A stretch of DNA of 64,000 bases from Antedon mediterranea (Eukaryota; Animalia; Echinodermata): NCBI RefSeq assembly GCF_964355755.1, contig NC_092670.1, forward strand, positions 9,290,201 through 9,354,200, read 5' to 3'. The notes below the pieces were generated by a model. That model searched no databases. It was not told where the DNA came from and worked only from the letters and a program-made list of their open reading frames with translations. This document shows, piece after piece, positions 14,301-26,700 of the stretch (positions are counted from its first letter, which is position 1; each line of letters begins with the position of its first letter). Position numbers and translations under genes: made by a program.

Positions 14301-17300
14301 TTCATGCATTTTATTCAAGGACATTATTAATAGCACTATGGGAACAGATGGAAGTAATGGATAGATAAAAGAACGCACAATATAATTAACATTGCTAATT
14401 GCATTGTTCACAATTTCTTTGCTCTAAATATAAAATAAAAACCATATGTCAAATTAAAATTAATATTAATATTTTAGTATTATTAAGTTTAAAAAATGTT
14501 ACCACTGCCCAAACAAATTCTGGTTTTGTTTTTTTCTTTCCTTTTTTTTTTCTGGTAATTATGTGGGTGTTTTTTTGTATCCCCTCTATTTTTTAAATTT
14601 ATATTTTGGCCCAACAGTAATTTTTAGCTAGATAACATATGTAAATACCATAAAATAAAATTTAATCTTTTTAATCTGGCCAACCGTCCATGTTTGCCAA
14701 TTAAGTGTATGCTTAATACTGTAGGCAAGATAAACGTTTTTATTATTAATAGAAAAATAATAGTTCTATCTTGGTTAAGCCAAATATTACTAAAGTTACT
14801 GTTTAAATAGAGTAAAATATTTGATTACTGTTTTCATATTAAACTTGATTATTAATGCTTTGTTAGATTGAGTTACACTTTAATTTCCCCAGTCATACAG
14901 TATATATATACAGCATTATGAGCACTGTTTCTATAATTTGACAGTATGATTTATATATACAGCATTATCATCATATCAATTTGTAAAACTGCAGTACATT
15001 TTGACACAAAATATTATCATTGTTTAAGTTTATTCATGTTATTCTTCTTCTTTTCTTAGGATCTATGTCGGCAGCGCATGGCATGTAAAAATGCAGAGAA
15101 ACCAGAGCCGTTGAGTAGAATGAGTAGTGTTGGGCATAGTGATACCGCCCAGCCTAGTCCATCACGCTCTAGCAGAAGTAGTACTTCATCCTGGAGTGAA
15201 GAACCAGTTCAAACCAACATGGACATCTCAACTGGACATCTTGTGCTGGTAATTTTCATTTTGGATTCTAACAAAACTAATTAATAATATTCATTGGAAA
15301 GTGACGTACATGATTTCTAACAAATGTTTGTTGGGTAAATTTTTGAAAGCCCACGTACAGCGCCACACCAAACATGATCATTGTCAAATAGATATCAACA
15401 AAAAGTATTTTTGAAAATATTTTCTCTCTGAAAAATATGTACACATCTGTTTTGGATAAAGAAATATACTTAAAAATAAGTTAATTGGAATAAAAACCTG
15501 AAAGGCATATTGAGCATTAAACAATCTACCGTATGACCATTAGAATCTATTGTAATAGCCTCATCTTTCCATTATGTTGCAAACAAACAGTAAGCTCAAA
15601 GATGCAGTATATATTAGTTAATTTAATATTGTCGGTTGGATATGTTTACATAGCTCGCACAAGTAAAATTTTATGATGTACGTATATATGCCAATAAACA
15701 TCTATATAGTACCGTATGTTGATTGATTATACCATCGCGCCCACTATTGTTTGTTGAAAACAAGAAACTGTTTTTCAAATACTTTGGAAATTAGTAATAG
15801 CTCCATAAATTTTGTATACATCTGAGAAAATAACCAATGAATGTATCCGGATTTATTTTTCCGCGATGAAGAAAATCGTAAATGTACTGCAGGCATTTTT
15901 TGTCAATTACAAGTTCATTTTTGATGCGAACCTGTATATAAACGTAATTAATATCTGTTTACAAGTATCTTGCCAGCGTTCTGCTCTTTGTGTAAACTTG
16001 TGCCGGTCGATGTATACATGTATTAAGGAACTGTTATTGCGAATATAAATGAGTCAATTAAAATACTCGTAAATTACACTTTTACCATCCATTAATAAAA
16101 ACACAATCACGGCAACTCTCTAGTTTATCAAAGCCATTACTCAAGTCACATTTTTTGGTGAAATAATATTTTCATTGCAAAATTTCTAACCAACAAATAA
16201 GCTTAGAATAATTTCTCTATTTGGTGAAACAAACAATTATTCTGAAAATTGTAAATAAATTAATGTACTTTGACCAAAACACAAAAGTGATAAAATTACA
16301 ATTATTACTTTATTATTAATAGAAAATAATTGTGACAATCAAAGCAAAAACCCTGATTTTTTTAAATATTAAAAATAATGCTTTTTGTTGAAAATTGCAG
16401 TTAAATCGTAAATAAGGCACCACTAATTGTCCGTATACTATTTTCAATGTTTTCCATCTTAGATTACTACCATAATACTGTATGATCCTAATATTAGCAC
16501 ATGCATTGGGATAATAAATTTGACATTAACATTAACATCTTTTCTTTTTTTGTATATATTCGAAATAAAGAAATGAATGCATGAAAATGAATTATGCTCG
16601 AGTTTAATGCCACCACCTAGTTTAGACTAAATTTGAAGACATTGTTAATGCAATGGTGAGAATAATCCCAACCTATAATGTTCACCAAATTTCGTAACCA
16701 TTCACCTGTGGGATTATGCTCGGTCGTATACAGTAATATAATCTACAACAATTCCAAATCCATCTTACTTTAAACCTTGAAAACATAAATTAATGATACA
16801 GTACATGTTCCGTTGCCTCACAGAAATCCTCGCTTCATGTATTCGTTTACGCCATGCATCATGTGATATTATTAGTTGGTGGTGTTTTTTTTCATCGCCA
16901 CCTGTTTCGTAGTTGACAAGATATTCAAATTTATCTGTTATGTTACATTGCACTTACTGTATTTAAACATAGCAAAGGAAGAAATTCAAATTACAACCCA
17001 GTTCACAAGAAAAAAAAAAGATGAAAAATAGTGCATTAGCAGAGGCAACGGTAAATTAGAAATCTGCTTCTGTGTAGATTAAAAGAAATTGTTTAAATTG
17101 GAAATTTCTTTGAATTTGTAAAAAAACCTACAGATTATTTGTTAGACTTTCTTTCAATAAATTCAATAAAATACTTTCAATACAAATGTAGTAATTTCCA
17201 AAGCAGTTCTTAAAAGTATTTAGTCCCCCTGAAATTAAAAAAAATCATTACAAATATTTAAATCTATAATTGAAAGGTATAAAAATAGTCGCGAACATAT

Positions 17301-20300
17301 ATTTTCGCTATTCGTCGTTAAACATCGCTCATCTCACTTGACATTTACAAACAAATTATTCATTTCATTGCCGTTAAAATTCAAATTGATTTAAAATTAG
17401 AAGTGTACTGTATGGCACAGTATATTGTAAAAAACATTGTTCTGATATTTTCAGTATCATTTAATTTTTTTATTTTACTAATAATATTGATTTGATATGA
17501 TGGCCATTTTGATGAGTGCCGGTACAGTCGCTTCACTTGCTACCATCTATTGACTCACTAGAATATATAATACCTCAATGGGTATGCATATCCTATCGTG
17601 ATTCAACTGAAACCTTACGCATGCATTTGTATACACGGTACTTGAACTAACTCGCGTCTGTATTGATTCACTATTGACAGGATGTAAGATGCCAGGAAAT
17701 TACAGTAGCCAAAGTATAAAATATCTCAACATTAAACAATAGCTTTCAAAACAAGCAGGTGGCGCAATTATTCATAAAACCATTGAAGAAGAAATAGCTA
17801 ATGTGTATTCTATATTTTGTAGACGTACATGGAAGACCATGTGAGAAACAAGGACAGATTGACAGAGGAATGGAACGCACTGTCTGATTACGAAGCGGAA
17901 CCAAACTTCACTAATGTCGGACAACTGCCTGAGAATCTTTCCAAAAACCGATTTGAAGATGTGTTACCATGTAAGAAACGCCTTGATTATTAAAAAATAT
18001 TCATTAAATTAAAATTACCATGATCGTATTTCCTTAGCGGACTAATAGCGCCACACCCACACTTATTATTTTTACTAACACTAATCTGTGTATGTTAATA
18101 TTACAAAAATACTCTATTTTCTATTACCATATATCCTCGGGTATAATCCCGCTTCAGGGTTAATCCCACCGCCTACTTTATGTCTTATTTCACAAACAAG
18201 CATATTCCCGAATATAGTCCCAGTTTTGACTTTTGGTCTGGAGGCATCTCTCTAACCAGTTTAGATGAGATTTTACAAGAAAACTTACCAATCATTTTTT
18301 TCCTGATCCAGGGTTTCTCCGGGTATAGTCCCACCCCCAAAGTCAGCCCAATTTTGTGTTTTGGGTGGGATTTACCAGAGGATATACGGTATAATGAATG
18401 AGTATTTTATTAAAGCATAAATTAATATTGTTTTATACATTTATTATTTTAATTTTTAGATGACCATACTAGAGTTATACTCAAAGAGAGTGCTGACCCA
18501 TCTCATTCTGATTACGTCAATGCAAGTGTTATCGTAAGTATTCTTTTTTTCCAGTTTTATGAAATTTATAAAAACCAGTCTTAATTGGTTTGGTTTTGTT
18601 ATCTTTTTTATTTAAATGGTCCACAAAATGTTGGGTTTATGCCGTACTGTTGTGATACTCAATTATAAATTATCATAAACAATAGAGGGTGCTACATTAA
18701 CTCTGAAGAGCATTTCTTACAAAATAGTTTGTCAATTAGATAATTTTTTTGGGGGGTTTTGTAGTTTTTCAGAAATTGTTGTAAAAGATTGTTGTACTAG
18801 AGGGCGCTATAACTGTTTTACTTTATACTTTTATTTAAAATTAATGTTATAACAATTTCTTTCTTTTGTTATTACCAACTGATAAATTTTAAATCACTCA
18901 GTTTTCAAAGAGATCTTTATACATTATTTCAATCCATTGTGCAGTTTCTAAGTTTTATTATACCAGATCTCACTCTTCTGTTACTGTTCTATTATTGAAG
19001 GTTTTTATTTACTGAATGTTTCTTTCATTTTTGACCACAGACGGATTCTGACCCACGTGCACCTGCATACATCTGTACCCAAGCACCACTGCCAAACACC
19101 ATGTCTGATTTCTGGGAGGTACAGTACAACTTATGCATTTTACACACATAAACATGCTGTATTTAATTAGAAACAGAACCAAAGAAAAAGTTTTAAACTA
19201 ACTATTAAGCTCTGTCTATAAAAAATGTGATGTGCCCAAATAAAGACTTGATGGTGTCATACACTACCATATTTAAGCATATCACTACCATATTTAAGCA
19301 TATCATAACCATATTTGGGCACATCACTTTTTTTTTTGTCAAACTAGTTTGATAGTGCAGACAGAGCTTTAGAGGTAGCACGGGAAATTGTGTATACATA
19401 AACATTAACAGTGTTCTTTTGATGTATATTTTTATATATCATTTTACAGATGATTTGGGAACAGGGTGTTGTAGTAATAGTCAACTTGACCCGACCTGCA
19501 GAGAATGACATTGTTCAATGTGAGAAATATTGGCCAGAGGAGGAGAACAAGGCTTACAACAACTACGAGGTTCACCTGGTCTCTGAACATGTTTGGTGTG
19601 ATGACTATCTTGTCCGTAGCTTCTACCTTAAAAATCTATTGGTTAGTTTTATATTTTTGTGCCAAAGTATTTTATTTATTTATATATAATTTTTACTTGA
19701 TGACTAGATAAACAGTATACAGCACAAAACAATTAAAAAATTCATACACAACTAGAAAGAAACACCACCATCCATCAAACATTTATTAATCTTTTTAAAA
19801 TTCTATAAGGTTTAAAGAGAAAGAAAGAATATCCTATATGTTAATATCTTTATTCTTGATTGTTAAATAGACTACTGTATGATTTAAACATGTGTGTAGG
19901 CCTAATTGTAGAGACTAACGCTCTACCCTGAAGATGTAATATAGGTGTATTCAACTGGGATTTCATAGCAGAAAATCAGTAGGTCTAGCTCCTCAATTCC
20001 TCACTGTTTATCTGCAAGCAGTGGACTATCTCGCCATTAGGTGTTTGCGAGTGACAAGTTTAAATAGAAATGTGGAACAAGTGACAGTTCTTAAGAGAGA
20101 GAATTTTGACTTTAAGAATATATATAATAATAATTTTGATAATCTGAATTTTGGTGCTAAATGTAGCTTTTCTTTCTTGCAGACTAACGAAACACGAACT
20201 GTTACCCAGTTCCATTATCTGACCTGGCCTGACAACGGTATCCCGGTTTCACCACGACCTTTACTCGAATTCAGAAGGTTAGTTTCTTTAAATTTTATGA

Positions 20301-20708
20301 CAATAAATACAAATTTAATGTTTAAAAAGAGTTTTTTTCTATGAATATTGTTTGTACAAGAAATGTTATATTTAAATATTTATTGTCGTTATAATCATAT
20401 ATTTGACGCTACAATATTAATATTAAAACATAATCAGTTTAATAATCAAACGTCAATTTTTATAATGGTGCTAAGAAGACAAGTCATAACAGTAGCCTAA
20501 TTATCATTTATAATGGCGTTAAGAAGACGAATTATAACTAGTCTAATTATCTCTTATAATGGTGCTAAGAAGACGAATCATAACCAGTAGTTTAATTTTA
20601 ATGGTGTTAAGAAGAGAATTACATTTGATTGGAAAATGGAATGTTATTATTAGTTCTCCTATATTTCCATCAGTGATGAGCTCGTTATGTGCATATTCAA
20701 TAATTCAA

Positions 20709-20746
<38 letters not shown>

Positions 20747-23700
20747 TTAATAGTAGTAGTAGTAGTAGTAGTATTAATAAGATATGACTTTGTTAGTTAT
20801 TCATCTTCACATATTATAAATACCAATATAATTATATACAAATATTAATATGATATACTAATACTGAAAATGATATTGATCATTACTTATAGTTAATGAA
20901 CAACGCATTAGTTGTTTAACTTTGCAATATTTTATTTCCATAATGACCACTTACTACTAACATGTTTGCTTAAGAATGACTAATGAATGTCCATATATCA
21001 ATGTTCAAATGCTAAAGCATATAGCTCTCATTACAATCGCTTTGTTTCTTCTTGTCAAAAATTGATTTAAATGGATTTGAGTTCAAAGTTCAATGAATCA
21101 TGGCTTAATTAGCCCCTTTTTTTTATTACAATAACTTCCGCCATTCTTGTGTGTGCCACAAAAGATTTATATACCTCCTACAAATAATTAGCCAGAACAT
21201 TATATTGAACCCTCCTTTTAGTGCACATACTGTGTGCCTACCATGCCATAGTTCCTTAGATAATCAATGCTGTTTCCAACCCCTGGGCCACACTCACTTT
21301 TATAGCACAACCTGCCAGTCAAATTAAGGTAATACAGCTAATGTGTGCATTTGATAAGATATTAGCCTGGGACTGACTATAACTAACTCAGCCTCCCTCA
21401 GTTTTTAAGAATCAACAACACTGCCCTCAATTTTATGAGTAAGCCTTGATTTGTCATACGTTTGTTTATTTGTTATGATTAATATTAATATTGTGTAATA
21501 ATGCAATAGCAATATTATTAATAACAACTAATTGAAAGTCTGCCTTAATCATAATTTTTTTATGGCTAATATAAAAAGAAATATTATTCATAATAAAGAT
21601 AAGTAGATAATTGTGTTATGCGCTGCTGCTTCCGTGCCACTAGTCAAAGAAAGTCTCTATAGCCAAAGAAAGTCTCTATAGCCATAGTGAATTGTCATAG
21701 TATATTACTACACTATTGGAGTATTGGATACAAATTTATTAAAGTTGCGTAAATGGCAATCAACAAGAAGGAAAATAAATTTCCTCAATGCTTGCTTTAT
21801 ATTGTTAGACAAGAATAAATTAAACATTATTATTAATCTAGACAATAAGGTACAGTTGTGGTATTCTCAAGCAATTAACTAACATTGCCTCATCTGCTTT
21901 AACATGTTTGATGTGATATATTCAGAGATTTGAGCTGTTAACTTGTCATAAATGTTTGCACAAAATGGATCAACCAGGATACAAGAATAGTATACCGGTA
22001 CTCGAAATCCAATTTATGCAATAGCATTCGTTAACTTAATGCAATAGTAATCTCTACCGTGGTGCACTAGTATTCTCAAACTTGCACTAACTGGACGCAA
22101 CATAGTATACACTCACTATACGCAATCATACATCTTAATCTGAATCAAATTTAAATTATGCAATTATAAAGCATTCTTTACCTTGATGCAATAGCATTTC
22201 CTAACTTCATGCAATAGTAATATCTAGGATTATGCAACAGCATTCTCTAACATGGGGCAATAGTAATTTCTAACATGGTGCAATAGTTTTTTGATACAAA
22301 AGTATACACTAACTTGACGTATTTGCTAAGTTGATGCAATTATACATCCTAATCTGAAACAAATCTAATTGACGCAATAGCATTCTCTAACCTGATGCAA
22401 TAATATTACATGCCTGAACTAACTAACCCGAGAACATCTACGAAAAATGTGTTCACAATAAGTAACGATGCAAAAGAATGTACTAACAAGCTTACGCATT
22501 AATGAACGGGAATCTACACACTAACATGGCGCACTTACGTACTAACAAGTCGCACATACGTCGGAGTCATTTTTGTGCTTGTGCAACTTTCCCCTGCCAT
22601 AGTGCAGTTGCATAGTCACAAAAGTGATTCTGCCGTTATGTAATGTCATCCGCTTACAAGTGTGCTTTCGATTTTTCATCAATGATTGCTTCATCATCAT
22701 CTTTTAACAATTTTACTAACGATTTACCAATGGTTTTCAAGAGCTGCTTTGTTATCAACAGCGTATTTTTTGCAACATTTTATAGTTTTGCTTTCCAACT
22801 TTATCAACGGTTGTCTACTAATGACGTTTTTAAGTGTATTTTTCAATGCTATTTAATCACCTGTTTATTTACGATTATTTCATCAAGGAATAGCCATCCA
22901 TCGTGCCATCTGCTTCTTGTCGAACATGCGTTGCTGTTGTTGAAAAGTACACAGGTCTGTGTTGTTTATCTGTTTTCTTGTTGAAAATAAACAGTTACCC
23001 ATGAATTCATAAACAGGATCAATTTAGATAATTACTTTATTATCAATATGGGAAAGAGGACACACAGACAGTTAGAGTGGAGGTGCAGGATGCAGAAGTA
23101 TTAGGAGATTAGTTACTGACCCCCTACAAAATTAAATTGCTAAAATCAAAGAATGTAATAATTTAATTTAGAAAAAAAAAAGAAACATGTTCATTTTATT
23201 TTCTGCTACAATGATTTTAATATTTTATTCCAAGTAGAACACTAGATGAGTAGTAGTTCTAAATTGTATACGGTCGTTAAAAAACCTATTAAATTGCGAA
23301 CAATGATCTATTGTAAGGATTTTGTTTTATTCTTAATCGCTCTGGATCCAGCTTGATGGTTTCACTTCTTCATTGGATTAACTCAAACAAGATAAAGAAA
23401 TCTCATTGAAGAAGAAGTCATGTAAACAGCATCTGCAATTGAAGATCTCAATGCTCGAAAACGAAATTGTCTTATCTATGTCAAATATTCTCTTTCGTAA
23501 TGTTACATTAACAACTCTGAAATTTTGCGTGAGATATTTCCTGAATAGTCGTAAAATCAACTTGGTACTGTGTTTGACTGGCGTTTCCAACTAGTCATCA
23601 ATTTGTAGAAAGTACTGACGAAGAAGTGAATCTGTTGATCTGCATGAAATTATATTTTATATATAATAATAATCATTATAACATCATCAATGAGCTTTAA

Positions 23701-26700
23701 TAATGTTTAATATAATGCAGCTCAAATTAACAAATTTACTTAAGTTATTCAAACGTTAAAGTTGAAGAACAAAAAAAGGCTGCACGAGAGCTAGCTATGA
23801 TCCATCATCTTAATATGATTATTTGAGATGTGTGACCCATTTTATTCGACCAGGTCAATTTGATACAATAACGCGTGACATTCACTGTCCGTTACAGAAT
23901 TAGATCATTCTACATAATTAAACATCTTGCGTTATTGAAATGCACCGCAAGAATTAAGAAAAGTGCAAGACTTTTTGGATGGTTGATTTAATAATACAAT
24001 GACGCAAGTGAAATTTCTGGTTATTTTAATGGAATATTAAATGATATTAGATGCCTATTTTTATCAACCTAGATAAATCATAAACTATTTTTTAACGAAA
24101 GTTCATGAATAAATCAGGGTACTGCTTAATATTAACATTATTATGTGATCTATTTTAGCAAATTAAAATTTACTATCATTGATATTGAACAGTAGTCTCT
24201 GTTCTTTGTAGAGAGAAACGACTGTAGTAGTATTAATTTAATCTCCTTATGAAGAATTTTGATGAAATGATTTGGTCCTCAGAGTAAAATCGATTTTTGA
24301 TTTTATATATTTAATTGTTGGAATGATGAAAGTTACAAACTAAAGTAAACAACAACAAAAAATCCAAAAAATAAACAACTTAATCACTGTTAAGAGTTAA
24401 ATATTCATTTTCTTTGTTTTTCTTTTATGTTTTATTGGGGTTTTGGTTTTTTTCATTTTTTTTAACATTTCTGTTCAATATTTAATTTTATTTAAAGTTT
24501 AAAAGATATTCCTTCCATTCAATTTTAATATCTTTTTTACATCTATTAAACTTTAGTAGAAGAGATACACTGTATATAGTCATATTTATATTGTATTTTT
24601 TTTAACATTACAACAGTTACAGGTTACAGCATGATTCAGAATATAAATTTTTAAGTATCACATTTTTGGAAGGTGGCCAATTAGATATTTTTATTCTAAA
24701 ACCAAATATTGTATATACAAAAGAATAGTTGTTTTTTTCCCCACACAATGACCTCGAGGTCATTCCGAAGGACTAAGTGCATTAATCTGGAAATGAGCGT
24801 TAATTGTTTTAGCCAATTAGAACTTGCCCGTTACAATTATGCTAATGTTGTTTGATGAATCGAATGAATCATGATATGAAATGCGGTGAGAAGACTATCA
24901 AGCTGTGTTGCAATTAGCACTGACTAATACACCATGACCAACAGTCATGTCTACCCTCTAGTCATTGTTTGCTAATTTTACAATACTTGTGATTATGCAC
25001 AATTTTAAATGTCATAATGCTAAAGTAAAACTTATATAAAATTATTTTTATTGTTAGTGAAATGTTTCTGTTAATTATTTCACGCGGTTATTAGTAAATT
25101 ATACAGTATTTTCACATCAGAATAAACAGAGCCTAAAATATATGTTATAAAATGGCTCTTCAACAAACAATTTAAAAAAAAAAGATATGACTCATTTACT
25201 AACAGTTTATGGCACATATTAATAAACAAGGAAATTATGCAAAGTTAATACAAATCACTTGAGACTCGTACAATTTGCTGGTCAATTTTATAATTTTTAA
25301 AGATAAATTTTGTTTCTTACATTATAGTCATGTGTTGTTTTGTTTATTTACAGAGTATGGTTTTTTTTGTTAGCTCTGGAAAACATTTATCATGTAATCA
25401 TGGAGTTAAAATTAGATTTTAAGCTGCATGATGTAATCTTTTTTATATAACATCTAAACAAATTTCTGTGATTTTATGGGACGATTGGGGGACACACGGC
25501 GTGCAATAGTACGCACTATTTAATGATCGTTAAATAGTACTTTTTTTTCTAGGTAGTTATATTTCGCTTCGTTGAAATATAATTTTTCATCATTCACCTC
25601 ATGGTATTATTTGTACCATTCCACTCATAAACATTCATTATTTGTATAATATTTAACAATCAACTGAATCTCAATTCTTGTAAATTATTAAAAAAAATAT
25701 AGACGTATACCCACAGCTGTTACTGTAATTCTGATATGCTTGTACACACGCTTTCTAATGTCCATCAGCACACAGGGAGGTTGATAGATTTCTGGAAACG
25801 ATTCAAAAATGAATTTTCATAAAAAGTAAACTGCTAATTTGATTTATTCTAAGAAATTATACTATCACGTTTAGTATAAAATTGTATGCAAATTATATTG
25901 ATAATTGAATTTGTTTTGAGGAAATCAAGCATTAGGTGTAGAGTATCTCTAAATAACCATGCTTAAGTTTACATGTTCAGTATAATCCATTGAAAAAAAC
26001 AAATATCTTATTTCTGTGACAGAATTAGATGCATTTCAACACGCAAAAGATGGATCCCGCGATGGGTGCCATATTGTAAAGTAGTGTACACACAGCATAT
26101 ATAGCATACAGTTTACATGTGATAAATTACTCACTGGTTGAACAAGAAAAACAGGAATTTTTATATAATAATATTTAATCATTTTTACTCATTTTTTTTC
26201 AACCTTGAACTGAAAGATTAAACTTTAAAATCTATAAAAAAAAATATATATAAATAAAAAAAATAAATATCTAAAATTTGTTTACTATTATCTTTATTGG
26301 TGTATCCACTCTTTAATTTTAAATTGAATGAAAACGAGACAATTTTTACTTATAAGCCATTTCTTCGCAAGAACACATGTACCATTGAGATTATTTTTTA
26401 GAATCTGGAAGGGAAATGACAGATTGGGAACGATCTGGATAACATAACCTATCCGTGTTTTAACATACGCATAAAACGTCAAACAGATAACCTTACACAA
26501 CCACGACACACATGTGTTTTGAATTTTTAATTTCGGTAATTCGCTTCACACACAGTCATCGGGGAATGCCAGTTGGCTGAAGACTTTAAGAAAGTTTCTT
26601 ACTTAATTCTCGTTTTCCCTTACTTCCCGAAATAAAGAGCAAAATTGATGAATTCATTTTAAGTGGAGTAGTGGATAATTTAATTAAGCATTCTAGAGCA

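Noticed and set aside
22655-22780. Minus-strand 41-codon open stretch (NVAKNTLL...[15 protein letters not shown]) beside mir-153
   Set aside because: No start codon or convincing acceptor, and no recognisable homology.
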